45,927 bases of DNA from Octopus bimaculoides (taxonomy: Eukaryota): assembly GCF_001194135.2 (NCBI RefSeq), contig NC_068991.1:24924160-24970086 (forward strand), read 5' to 3'. Positions 1 to 12,079 of the stretch are shown piece by piece; position 1 is the first letter of the stretch, and every line of letters begins with the position of its first letter. The translations under genes were made by a program, and so were the position numbers. Under the pieces are notes generated by a model, which was not told the DNA's origin, searched no databases, and saw only the letters and a program-made list of their open reading frames with translations.

Positions 1-39
1 TATATATATATGTATATTTGTGTGTGTATACACACACAT

Positions 40-150
40 ACATACTCGAAGTTATAGTAGAAAACTCTTGCCCAAGGTGCTACATGGTGGGACTGAACCC
101 GGAACCATGTGGCTGGGAAGTAAACTTTTTATCACACAGCCGCGCCCATA
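40..150 (-). mobile_element. tRNA-derived SINE, 5' head (family 1)
   Basis: Reverse complement reads ...GGCTGTGTGATAAAAAGTTTACTTCCCAGCCACATGGTTCCGGGTTCAGTCCCACC...GCACCTTGGGCAAGAGT. This is a Pol III A/B-box-like head that recurs many times in the window. Confidence 0.75.
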
Positions 151-738
151 TGTGACCTACAACATGGATCTACTCGGTGAATTCTTTTTAGTTTCCGTCT
201 GTCCAGTTATAAGTTAACTTGAAGCTAAAGAAAATGAGATTTGCTCAAGATGTCACGCTGTGGAATCGAACTTGGGACTGTGTGACTGCGAAACGAATTT
301 CTTAAGCATTCGGCCATGCTGCATCTACGAACTGTTGCAATAAAGACGAGAATAAATGAAAACATATTCCGCTCTATTGAAAGTGCTTATATTTCTGACA
401 ATTAACTGATTTTACACACACACACATATAAATATAAATTAAAAAGTAAAATAATATATAGTTTTGGATGAATTTTGCCAATGACTACGCAACAGGTATC
501 AGAGATTAATAATAAATTAAAGTGTTAGGTTTCAGGTATGAAGTTCTCCGTGATTTTTATTCGTAAGTTATGTATGCGTATCCATTCACTTTAGTTGTCT
601 AGAAAAAATAAATACATATTTTGTAGCCACATTTATACGAATAATAAAATAAACAACATATTCAGGGCTCTAGCTACAATTAAAAGGTGTTCACATATAT
701 TTGTGTGTGTAACTGTGCATATGCGTTATATGTGTTTG

Positions 739-779
<41 letters not shown>

Positions 780-1145
780 CAGACCACGCACTTGATATCT
801 TGAGAGAGGAAAATAAATTTGTTGACTCAAGGCTGTCATGTTTTGAAGTTTTTTAAACTATTAAAGTAGAAAAATCCTTCTAAAATTAATTTATTTAGCT
901 ACCCGCCCTACCATCTCTCAAATACATACGCGCCCTCCTCTTTCACCATCCCAAACCATATCTGTTTTGTTGACTTATTTAATCTATAAGTTTCCGTTGA
1001 TGGACGTTTAAAGACTTTTGTTCAATTTTCTTCTCTCTGGATAAATTTTATACGGAGATCAGATCGTGCTATAAGTTAATATCATAGTGGATGTGGAGTT
1101 ATACAGATTGAAAACAAAAACCTTTTTTTTTCTATCTTCATACAG

Positions 1146-1184
1146 GAAGTTACGCGTTGACGGCAGGGAACCTGCAAATCTCGG
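1146..1184 (+). other. Candidate 39-nt microexon (5' UTR or coding)
   Basis: Polypyrimidine tract ttttttttctatcttcatacag, then GAAGTT...CTCGG, then donor gtatgt. Length is a multiple of 3 and two frames are open (KLRVDGREPANL or SYALTAGNLQIS). Confidence 0.35.
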
Positions 1185-1945
1185 GTATGTAATTAATTGT
1201 CTCTGATAATCACTTTAATTTATGTCTGTACAATCTGCTGTAGATGTATATCTGTCGATATACTGTTCTTTTTTAACAAATGACGATACTTTATATGTTA
1301 CAAAAACTTTATAAAGTGACATACACACGCCCACACAAACAAGACATTTTTACGATATACTTTACGAGCTGACGAAATAGCAGCTAAATCACCTTCAAAC
1401 CACATCTTATCATAAATAAAAAGGAACACATGATATAATATAGTCCTTGATATCCCTATAGTTGGGATGAACTTAAGCCTGTTAAATTTGTGTTAACCGA
1501 CGGCTGAACAACCAAAACTATATATTTTTTGTTAGGAATATAATGAGAAAATATTTTGTCTCTATCGGAGAAAACATGTAGAAAATAATTATAAATTATA
1601 CAATATATTCGGTGATTTTATCTCCTTTTTGTCATTAATTCTTCTCCCTTTTGTCCTTTTTTTTAAATATATTTATCGATTTTTGTTTTAATGTTTTCTT
1701 ACCTGAAAAGTTTGACTAAACGCTTGATTAGTAGTAAAGTATGTATGTCTATAATCTGCTCTTTTATTCTTTTACTTTACTTGTTTGTTATTGGACTATG
1801 GCCATACTGGAGTACCTACAAGAATATATTAATCGAATTGTACAGTATTATATATTGACGAGTATACGAGTGTACACTTCGATTAATATATTCACTCTTG
1901 ACAAATATACGAGTGTATATTTTTTTTCTGATTTATGGGTTCTTA

Positions 1946-2000
<55 letters not shown>

Positions 2001-4950
2001 TAGTGTATTCTGCTTATTTAGTTCCAGTTTGAGATATTGAACACTATCGATGACAAAGATTATCAAGAAATATATGAGTGTATGTGGGTATATGAGATGC
2101 TATAAGAGTGTATGTGTGTATATATATATATAATTTTACAAGTTTGGGATAGTGACTTCGAAGTTACGGCCTGCTCGCCGTCGTTGGACTCTCAGTTTAA
2201 TCTAAAATTGTTTTTATTATAATTGACATAAAGACTAACATTAATATATGTATGTACACACAAACACACACTGTGTGTGTGTTTGTGTTAATATAAAAAC
2301 AACGTTAAACTTAAAGATTAATCGATACTTTTTAATGGAATACATGTTTATTAAACTTTTTCAAGGAAAAGATTGACTGTGATTTCGAAGTTTCGACTGG
2401 CTTGTCTTCGTCACATATCATTGATATATGGATAACGTTAATATTACCTATAAAAAATAGGTTAATTATGTAGAGGTATAGTCATAGGTCGTTACACACA
2501 CGCACATGTGTATGTACGTGTATATGGATATACTTGTGTATGTGTTGCGGTAAAGATTTTTATTTTCCTTTTGTTTACGTGTCTGAGAAAATTTTTCGCT
2601 CATTCCCAGGTAATCTTCTCTAACCAACCAACTAACAATGATAATTATTATAATACTACCAGACCCAGTTTAATAATAATAGTCTCTATAGAATTTGATT
2701 TCTTTCATTTGTCGATCTTCGGTCATCGGGTTTATTCGTTCTGAAATTAGTATTATCGACTTTGCCGTTCATCCTTTCGGTGGCGATAAAATAGGTACTA
2801 GTTGAGCACTAGGGTCGATGTAATCGACTTATCACCTCCTCCGAACTTGCTGGCCTTGCGCCAAAATTTGAAACCATTATCATTTTTATTATATTTGTTG
2901 TCATCTATCCTGGGTTAACTTTGATCAAGCTACGATCAAAGGGCGCTTCAACCGTAGCCTCTCCGTCTTTTTGTTTCAAACAGCAAGTTTATCTAGGACT
3001 ACTCAAAATTTGTCGTTCCGTTCTTAAACTAGTAAGGTGTGAATTAAGGACGATTTAGCTGCTAATTCTAGCATGTTAATTAATCGCATTAGGACTTCCT
3101 CGTTTTCTTGTTTTAAAATTTATTATTTGTATCATGGCTTCAAAAATAATGAGTGTTTGGAACTATTGACATCAACGTATGCTAATTAACACCTACTAAT
3201 GAGGTTCTAGTTATTTGATTCTATAAGTTGTTATAAGGCTTATACACACACACACAGCGAAGGTGTGTAAGCCGGATCTTCGAAGTCACCGTCAACTTTT
3301 TTCTTTGTAAAAGTTTAATAAACAACTTGTACTACAACTACTAAACAAACGTCTATTAAAAAGTACGGAGTAATCTTTTGATTTATTGCTAAATTGTTTT
3401 TATATATAACTTGACATAAAAATACACACATCAGTACAAAGAGAATTTATTTTAATTATTCATTACGTTTGCAATAATATTATTTTATTACATTCAGTTT
3501 TCGATACAATACGGAATATATATTTAATAGTGGTAATTAATTCATTCATTAAAAGAGACAAATGACTTGACAAGCTCATAGTAGACAGATAAGTTACACA
3601 AATATATTCTAGTATTAAAATAATAATCCAAAAAGAAAAAATAAACAAAAATTCAGCGGGATTATAGAAAAATATTTTATCTGTGAAAAATTATAAACTT
3701 ACAAAAAAAGGGGGTTTATAATTAAAAGAAAAGCATATTTGTAAAATATAAAGTGAGATAGAAAAAGGTTGGTCTAACATCTTTATTTTTGTAGTTTCTT
3801 CCGAGATTAGTCTTGTGTGCTTGTCAAAGACCTTTGATAAGCACACAAGTTGATTTAAAGTAGTCAGAATAGTTTAAGGTTAGTAAGCAAAAGAGACAAA
3901 TATCATGTACAAACAGGTAAAATAGGTGACACGGAGGTAGTAGTTTTGTTGTTTTAATGGCTAGGTGGTAAATTAGTTTCACCTTTGTTGTAGGATAAGA
4001 TAATAGGCGTTCACACCTGAGATACTGATAGTTCTCTCTCTTCGGATCTTTTTCGTTTTCTTCCAACTACTTGAAGATTTTTCAATTCTTAATAGAATGT
4101 TTTCAAATTTTCAACACGTAGTTTTGCATGCTGATGACAAATACCGCATTCATTTATTGCCTTCCTCAAACATTAATCACCCTCGTTTTCTTACTTACGT
4201 TAGTAGCGTGTAAATATATTATCTACAGGTGACGTGTGCCATTGAACACATGCACATACACACGTTAGCTTGCTCGGGATCTATTCTTCACTCTCATTAA
4301 AAGTTTGGAAACAGAAATGAAATCGTGAGTTAAATATTAAATAAAATCTCAATTAGCGAAAACAGGAGTAAATGTAATAACAACTATTTCATTGTTATCC
4401 AACATCAGAAAACGTCCCAGCTGTGACCATTCTATCTTTTTGTGTATTAGGAACGTCAATGTTCAATGTAGCCTTTATTTAAGAATAAGATGTTTACGAG
4501 GGAGATTTAGTTGCTATTTCGTTGTGTTTCGAAATATCCATAACGATTAAAGCGTACTCTTTTCTATTTTCATTTTTTTTCGTTTTTTCTTTTCTACTGT
4601 TATTTAATATACTAGTTTGTCAGAATAGTAATTTCAAGAGTCTGACAAACTAGAATAATAAATGATGACGAAAAAAAGGGAAAATGTATCAAGAATAGTG
4701 ATAAAAAGTTCGGTTTAATTGTGAAAGCTATTCCGAAACCCGACCGTTATTTCTAGCATATCGGGCGACATATATTAGCACCCATTTTGTCAATTTTTAT
4801 TATTATCGGTTTGCAAATTCTGATTAGTGGACTTTCAGAATAACTATTTCTGCCTCTTGGAGACAGAAAACGGCTAGGAATTGGGTGGTTGATTCCTTCT
4901 TTGTAACAACTTGTCTCAAAAAATAAATCTTTTTACATGTTTGTCCTCAG

Positions 4951-5111
4951 ATTTCGTGTCTTTTCTGGTTGTCTTAATATTTACACTTGGTTTACTAGAC
5001 GGGTGTGCAAGTGTATTGCTGGTATTTAGTAGGCAGACAGATTTTGTGCTTCAGCTTGTAAAATATAATCGTGTGTCGTTTCCTCGATGACAAGACTTTA
5101 AAAAGTTCCTG
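4951..5111 (+). other. Candidate 5' (probably non-coding) exon of the host gene
   Basis: Acceptor ttttacatgtttgtcctcag (AG 4949-4950) and strong donor CTG|gtgagt (5112). Lies at the end of the CpG-retaining region. The only internal ATG reads ATG ACA AGA CTT TAA. Confidence 0.45.
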
Positions 5112-5594
5112 GTGAGTTGGATACCCGTATAAAATAAGTGTTTTCAATCTAAGCTCAATTTAAGCACAAGGCTAGCAATTTCATGGTCGGAGTTGGGGAA
5201 TTCGATATTCTTTCTCAAAACAGGTTGGAGAAAAATTTTTCGTATTATTTATTCCCCATTATATACGTGTTTCATTTGCTAATAGGAATCACAAAATTGT
5301 ACTTGTAGGAGAAACATGAAAAATATCTTCTATTAGAAATTCTTTAGACAATAAAATAATATTATTTTCAGGAGTTGGGGAATTTGATACTTGCTTGGAA
5401 ACAGGTGAGAGTTGACAACAGGACATCTGACCATAGAAAATCTGCCTTGATGACCTGTCTGACTCCTACAAGTATGGAAAAGTGGATATTAAAATGATGA
5501 TGATTCTTGGTAACTAGTTCAATCACTCTTATTCTATCCAGAATGAGAGAGTGTATATAAAGACAAGGTATTTACACCTGTTATGACATCAGCA

Positions 5595-5651
<57 letters not shown>

Positions 5652-6115
5652 TATGTATAAATTGTTTTTAAAATGGAACTTGAAGTACATAAAGCTATAA
5701 ATGATAGCATGTACTATATTTGGTTTAAAAACCATTTGCATGGAAAAAAGTTGAAGGATGACAAGTTTGGAAGGATATATTATCTGGGCGGATACCGTAT
5801 TAACTCTCAGTTAAGTTCCAGTTAATAGCTAACCACAACGATCAATATCTATGACTACAATTAGTTGTTAGTCACTCTCTGAATTCTTCTGATGGGTAAT
5901 TCCATGTACTCTTCACTGGACAGTAAAAATTGTTTGGAGTATATATATATAGATATATATATATATATAAATGGCTCTGACAAAAGTAGCATTAATTTTC
6001 TTAGGTCATTCAAATTGCCTCAGTCACTAGACCAACTGAGTAAACCTATCAGTAATGTACCTATAATGACAATTGGAAATATCTGTAAGCCAAATTTGCT
6101 CAAATAAAGGAATTA

Positions 6116-7925
6116 TATCTATCTATCTATCTGGGTCATCCCTCAGGATGCCCCAAGACTTTTTCCACGTTTTCCCCATTCATCTCGATCTTCCATAATG
6201 GTCCTCAGCTCCTGTACTCCTTCCATACCAGTATCCTCCAGCAAGTTGTCAATATAGGTCATCTTCCTCTTATCTCTCCTGGTTCTTCCTTCTGTTGGTT
6301 GCCAGAGCACTAGCTTGTTAGCAGTTAGATCGGTGTGTCTGATGCAGTGTCCAGCTGGCCTCATCCTTCTATGCTGTATCTTCAATGTTACTTTTGGTAG
6401 TCCCTGGTATAAGTCAGCGTTTGTTGTATGATGCTTCCAGGAGACATTGAGTGCCATTCTAAGCATCTTCGTATAACAACCGTCCAACTGCTTCTTCAGT
6501 GCTTTAGTGAGCGTTTCAACCCTATATAGAAGAACAGACTCCACTCTTGCCAGAAACAACCTCACTTTCAATTTCATTGTTAATTTTGAACTCCATACCT
6601 TTCTCAATTTATGGCATGTGCTCCAGGCTAGAGCTTTCCTTGCTACAATGTCTTTTTCAGTACTTTGTGTCCACGCACCAAGGTATTTGAAATTTTCAAC
6701 TACCTTGAGCAACTGTCTCTCACTTTCACTGACACAGGCATTTTGTGGTTGAATACTTGCAGCTCTGTTTTCTTTGCATTACAGTACAATCTTACCTTCC
6801 CCAATTCCTGCTCTAATCTGTTCAGCACATCCTGTGCTTGATCTGTCCTCTCTCTTAGTAATACCAGGCCATCAGCATAGTCTAGGTCAGTTACTGTTAC
6901 TGCTTGATGCTGTCTACTTCTTTGTCTATGCAGTTTGAATCCCAGTTCTTCCTTACCCTCATACGTTCTTCGCATTACATAGTCCAGAATGATGGTGAAG
7001 AGGTAAGGTGCTAGTATGTTGCCTTGTAATACTCCAGCTTTGACTTCAAAGTATTCCATCTCTCCATCGCTCTGGTGTTCTCATACAGCTTACTTATTGC
7101 TTTCAGAATTCTTGGTGGAATATCAAATGCTTTAAGTATCTTCTTCATCATTCCTCTATCTACTGAATCAAAAGCCTTTTTAAAGTCTACATAGATAATG
7201 ATAGCCTTCCTGTTATGGCTCTTAACTCCCTTTATCAGTCTTCTAAGTGTGACAGTGTGTGATGTTGTTGACCGACCTGATTTGAATCCATTTTGATTTG
7301 GTCTCAATTCTTTGTCTATCTTAGGTTGTATTCGGTTAAGTATCATCTTGTTGACCATTTTTGCAACAATGGATGACAGACTGATCCCTCTGTAATTCCC
7401 AGTATCACTTAGGTCTCCAGTTTTGAGCAGTGGTAGCAAGCCTATCTCAGACCATTGTTCCGGTTCCACATTGCCATTTAGTAGTTTGTTTGCAAGTTCA
7501 AGGACGATGTCTAAATCACATCTCTTTAGTACTTCCGGTGGGATGTTGTCAGGACCAGTTTGTTCTCCTTCTTTCAGGTTACTTGTAGCTCTTTCTATTT
7601 CTTGCTTTGTGAAGTCTCCATCCTCGATTTGCAAACCGTCAAGTATCTTTGCTAATTCTTCATTTTCTGTTTCACTGTCAACTTCTGGATCCTTCCCAAG
7701 TAAGTTGTAGAAATGAGTGTATCACTCCTTGATTTTTCTCATCCTTTGATTTCCCTTTGATGATTCCCTGCTTTGCAGCTTTGTGACCAGTGATGGAGTC
7801 AATCAGCCTCCAGCTTTTCTCTGTGCTTACTCTTTGCATCTGCATTTTTGACCTGGGAGATCATTTCATCCAGTTCCTCTTCTTGAATCTCTTGGTACTC
7901 TTTCTTTCTTTGTAAAGTTTGTTTG
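6116..7925 (-). mobile_element. 5'-truncated, frameshifted RTE-clade LINE (reverse transcriptase and C-terminus) with (GATA)n 3' tail
   Basis: Overlapping minus ORFs 7011-7634, 6700-7059 and 6143-6712 carry non-LTR RT motifs: YRGISLSSIVAKMVNKMILNRI, QNGFKSGRST, VDFKKAFDSVDR, GVLQGNILAPYLF, LDYADG (YADD mutated), FKYLG, and the RTE-type end RTIMEDRDEW. Tandem ATCT tail at 6116-6132. Confidence 0.92.
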
Positions 7926-7992
7926 TTTAGTATCATTGTATAATGTCATTATATATAATGACCATTATTTTAACTTATTTTATATATATATA

Positions 7993-8178
7993 TCATCATC
8001 ATCGTTTAATGTCTGCCTTCCATGCTAGCATGGGTTGGACAATTTAACTGAGGACTGGCGAACCAGATGGCTACACCAGGCTCCAATCTGATTTGGCAGA
8101 GTTTCTACAGCTGGATGCCCTTCCTAACGCCAACCACTCCGAGAGTGTAGTGGGTGCTTTTACGTGCCACCGGCACAT
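7993..8178 (-). mobile_element. SINE/LINE 3' tail fragment ending in (GAT)n
   Basis: catcatcatcgtttaatgtc...ggatgcccttcctaacgccaaccac...acgtgccaccggcac. Same family as the tails at 20480-20775, 24608-24830 and 32450-32530. Confidence 0.7.
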
Positions 8179-8910
8179 ATATATATGTATTCAATAGCTA
8201 ATTAAAAACAGCACTGATGTTGTAAACATTATCACCTGCACATATTTAGTGTGTTTTAACACAAACACATTGAGTTTGAGTATGTGCAATCAATAATGTT
8301 TACAACTCTAGCGCTGCTTTTAATTCATTACAGAATTTAAGCTTATGTGTGCATTGTTGTCGCATACTAGCAAATAGTTCTTGCACTATATATTTATAGT
8401 TACAGTTTTGTCATTTGCTAAAAATAGCAACTAAATACTCCTCAAAATCACACAAATCACACATCAGCTATCTTAAAAAGGAAGTACACACTACAGTCAT
8501 AGATTCACTTTCTGACAAAAACACAGGATGGTCATGACTGGAATGTCTTTCAGAGAGATTCAGCTGCTATTTCTAGCAAGTTTAGTTCCGTGAAATCGCC
8601 TGTTTTGGTCCAAGACCACAGGGTTTGGAATATGTGTTCAGAATACTTGAAATCTTTTGATTCTAACATCCTGGTTCTTTGATACAAACTTCCTGTTTTA
8701 AACTGATCTAAATTAAAATCTCTTCCATCAACATTTCGTGTTAATTTATGTTATAAACACCAGTTTAACAACAACATAATTACTTTGTTAAGTTTTTCAT
8801 TGTTTTATCCTTTAGTATTTAAACCGGTCATATATGGCCAAAATATTCTACCTGTTTTATCTTCAAACCAACGAGATCTGGCCTCATACTTATCCTACAA
8901 TATTACTCTA

Positions 8911-9146
8911 GGGGCCGCAAGCTAGCAGAATCGTTAGCACGCTGGGCAAAATGCTTAGCAGTATTTCGTCTGCCATTACGTTCTGAGTTCAAATTCCGCC
9001 AAGGTCGACTTTGCCTTTCTTCCTTTCGGGGTTGATTAGATAAGTATCAGTTATGCACTGTGGTCGATATAATCGACTTAATTCCTTTGTCTGTCCTTGT
9101 GTGTCCCCTCTATGTTTAGCCCCCTGTGGGCAATAAAGATTTTAAG
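8911..9146 (+). mobile_element. tRNA-derived SINE (family 2) with target-site duplication
   Basis: Head gctagcagaatcgttagcacgctgggc...gttcaaattccgcc (B box). Flanked by tattactcta (8901-8910) and tatttctcta (9147-9156), a 9/10 match. Confidence 0.8.
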
Positions 9147-9206
9147 TATTTCTCTAAAACTAAACAGTCACATCATTGAAATCTCAAGGTTACAAGGTAA
9201 TGCATG

Positions 9207-9543
9207 TGAAGGCGCATGGCTCAGTGGTTAGAGCGTCGAACTTATGATCGTGAGGTTGTGAGTTTGAGTCCTGGACTGGGCTGCGTGTTGTGTTCTTGAG
9301 CAAGACACTTTATTTCATGTTGCTCCAGTTCACTCAGCTGTAGAAATGAATTGCGACGTCACAGGTGCCAAGATGTATCAGCCTTTGCCTTTCCCTTGGA
9401 TTACACTGGTGGCGTGCAGAGGGGAGGCCGGTATGCATGGGCGACTACTGGTCTCCAATAAACAACCTTGCCTGGACTTGTGCCTGGGAGGCTAACTTTC
9501 TAGGTGCAATCCCATGGTCAGTCATGACCGAAGGGGGTCTCAG
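9207..9543 (+). mobile_element. Full-length tRNA-derived SINE (family 3) with 14-bp TSD
   Basis: A box TGGCTCAGTGG, B-box-like GAGTTTGAGTCC, CORE-like cttgagcaagacactt. Perfect direct repeat caaggtaatgcatg at 9193-9206 and 9544-9557. Confidence 0.9.
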
Positions 9544-10019
9544 CAAGGTAATGCATGAATAATTCATATCAATGTGAATAAATAAGCATTACATTTGACA
9601 GAAATCTGAATGCTAAAGAGTTAAAACTTAATTGAAACAAAGGCAGTGTATTTCAACAGAAATATGGTAACAAAAGGGTTAAAGACCAGTTGAAGGATTG
9701 TACTACACAGTGTTAGGGAACTCAGGTATTTACATAGAATCTAATGTGTCTGTAAAGGAGCTGGTGTCTCTAAATCCAATTTGTTGTGTAAGGAGAGAGT
9801 CTATTGTTTGTTTAACCTTAAATTTGTGATGGTATGTTTGCTCTTCAGTAATGATTTCCAATTGTTTTGATCCATGTTACACTGAAAAAAGCACTAGAAG
9901 TGTGATGGCTCACTATCAATTTCTTAAAAGTTTTTTTTTTATATAAAAAGGTCAAATATTAATATTGTCAGAGATGAATGTACACATTACACTTTGTTGT
10001 AAAAGACTCCCCCAATTTA

Positions 10020-10195
10020 CTACCCATAGTGAATTGGAGGTGGTGGGGAAGTTAAGGTGTAGGGAAAATCTTGACTGTGAAATGCCTAACAATGGAGATT
10101 GGTATTGAAAGAACCACTATATACAGCATTAAGAAACAGAACGAGAAATTATTGCAGTTCTATTCTGAGAGTGATGGAAAGATGTTAATGGGTCC
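10020..10195 (+). mobile_element. Degraded pogo/Tigger-like (CENP-B-type HTH) transposase N-terminal fragment
   Basis: Frameshifted pieces ELEVVGKLRCREN and GIERTTIYSIKKQNEKLLQFYSESD resemble the Tigger/Jerky HTH pattern (YGIGRSTIYDIKKNKEKIL). Confidence 0.5.
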
Positions 10196-11224
10196 TGTCT
10201 CCAAGATGTGCCATTTTTTAAGTGCAAATATAGTCATTCTGTAATTTGAAATACTTCCAGCTGTACAGAGTTTAGATGAAAGATTACCAACCTATCTGTC
10301 TATTATTCAATATATATATGTATACATATCTTTCCCTCTTTCTCTCTCTCTCTCTCATATATATGTATATCTGAGTATCCCGTCATTGGACAATTTTGAC
10401 GAATACCTTTATTAAAATTTTTTTTTATTCCAAGGCAGATTTTTCTTATCTTGTTGATGCTTTGTGAGGGTCTTACTTAGTTGACCAGGTGAAACTCCTG
10501 ACACACACACACGCATGCGTGCGCTCTCTTTCTCTCTCGGCATGAGTGATATTCAGAAAGTGAGAGAGTGTGGTAAATATATATATATATAGAGAGGGAG
10601 AAAGTTTACCATAAGAAAAACATAAATGAAAGAGATAGACAAATAGAATGTGAGAGATCTTTTCTGTTGCTGTCACAAATATTGAAATTTTAAAATTAAG
10701 TGAAAATTTTCAAATTTAGTATATTGATGTATTTTTTCATGCTGTGTTCGATTTTGTGATTCATTTGTCTCAGAAAAATTTTGCAAAAATGTTATAGAGG
10801 TTTAAAGTTTGATCATTTTTACCCAATCAGAAAACAGGATTTGTGTGTAAGAAAGAGCTCTGTATCATAAAATGAAAGTAAATATTAGAAAACAAGGTTT
10901 TAAACAAAATCAAAGCAACTTGTGAGAATTAACACATATACAGAAACAGAGAGATTGACAAAGAGTATGGTAAATATATATAGAAAAATAAATTGTTGGT
11001 GACAGAGTGAGATTTGTAGATCTAAAAGTTGAGTTATTTCTTGTAACAAATATTTTGTTTATATTTAAGGACAACATTCTCTTTGAGACTCAAATTTTGA
11101 AAATCAAGTTCGTTTTTCTCAGGGATGTACTGTTTCAGAGTCTTTCAGGGCTAAATACACATACATAAACCACATACACTCACATCTATATAGTAGGTAT
11201 ATATTTATACATACACACACTGTT

Positions 11225-11382
11225 TTATGTCCCTGTAACATAGTGGTTCAGCAAAAGAAACCAATAGAATAAGTGCTAGGCTTTAATAAGTCCTGGGGCC
11301 AATTTGTTCAACTAAAACTCTTCAAAGCGGTGCTCCAGCATGGCTGCCGTCAAATGACTGAAACAAATTAAAGATAAAGAGA
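11225..11382 (+). mobile_element. SINE family 1, 3' half
   Basis: gtccctgtaacatagtggttcagcaaaaga...gctccagcatggc...aaatgactgaaacaa followed by an A-rich tail. Shared with copies at 18640, 31300, 35440 and 43620. Confidence 0.75.
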
Positions 11383-11584
11383 TTCTGGTGTTATTGTGTG
11401 CATTTATTTTTTTATTTTTAGATATTCCTGGTTTTCACAAATATAAAAATAGAAATACCAACATCAGAACAGACAGTTTAATCCATCATCACTGAAGAAT
11501 TTATCTTATAGTAGTTTATTGAAGACAAATCAACCAAACGAAACTGATTCCTTCTCAAGAGAATATTGATTTCTTTTAGTGTAA

Positions 11585-11642
11585 TCAGTCAACATATTGT
11601 TCTTGTACCAGGAGCCTGGTACAAGAATTATATGTTGACTGA
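11585..11642. repeat. Near-perfect 28-bp inverted repeat with 2-nt spacer (hairpin)
   Basis: TCAGTCAACATA-TTG-TTCTTGTACCAGG [AG] CCTGGTACAAGAA-TTA-TATGTTGACTGA. Contains 13-bp and 12-bp perfect stems with one G:U and one T:T between them. Confidence 0.9.
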
Positions 11643-12079
11643 AATTCCAAACACAGCTTATTGTTGCCATACCTAGCATTCACCTGTTTTTCAGTTGATA
11701 TTGTGAAATCATTTTCTGTACCTACTTATGTTGGTCAGCTATTAGTCATATGCATATATGACATATTGTGATTGTAGCCCAGTGCTCTATTTGTTTTTTA
11801 AATAGGTTAATCGAAGGAGGAAGGTGTAATCAATGCTTCATGATCTTTTCAGGTTCTCTCTCTTTCTCTCTCTTCCTCCTTATCATACAAGACTTTATTA
11901 AGCATTCAAAGACCTGATGTTGTTGAGCCTAGGTCAAGTAGACATATAGTCAAAAAGCTTAACATCTGTGAGCATCTTATCTTCCTCCACCCTTTTTTGT
12001 TAACACAGTGTATCACAGATTATAGTATTGAAAATCTCCTCTTCATTTTATTCTAAAGACAGCACGACAGTGACTTTAA

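Larger units (their letters stand above)
8805..9624. mobile_element. piggyBac-type MITE family A interrupted by two SINEs
   Basis: Left end ttatcctttagtatttaaacc, right end gaatgctaaagagttaa. The internal sequence matches the uninterrupted copies at 14311 and 16352 in the opposite orientation. Confidence 0.75.
8650..9682 (-). mobile_element. TTAA-ended piggyBac-type MITE family B, hosting nested insertions
   Basis: Ends ggtaacaaaagggttaa (reverse TTAACCCTTTTGTTACC). The body on both sides of the nested MITE resembles the + strand copy starting at 26910. Left boundary approximate. Confidence 0.6.

Noticed and set aside
2155-3290. Heat-shock-element-like TTCGAA palindromes (near 2155, 2383 and 3277)
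   Set aside because: Spacing is TTC-GAA with no 2-nt gaps, which does not fit the nGAAnnTTCn HSE arrangement.
9207-9290. tRNA gene (also 23470-23547)
   Set aside because: A/B boxes are present but run into SINE bodies with TSDs, and no complete cloverleaf is evident. These are SINE heads.
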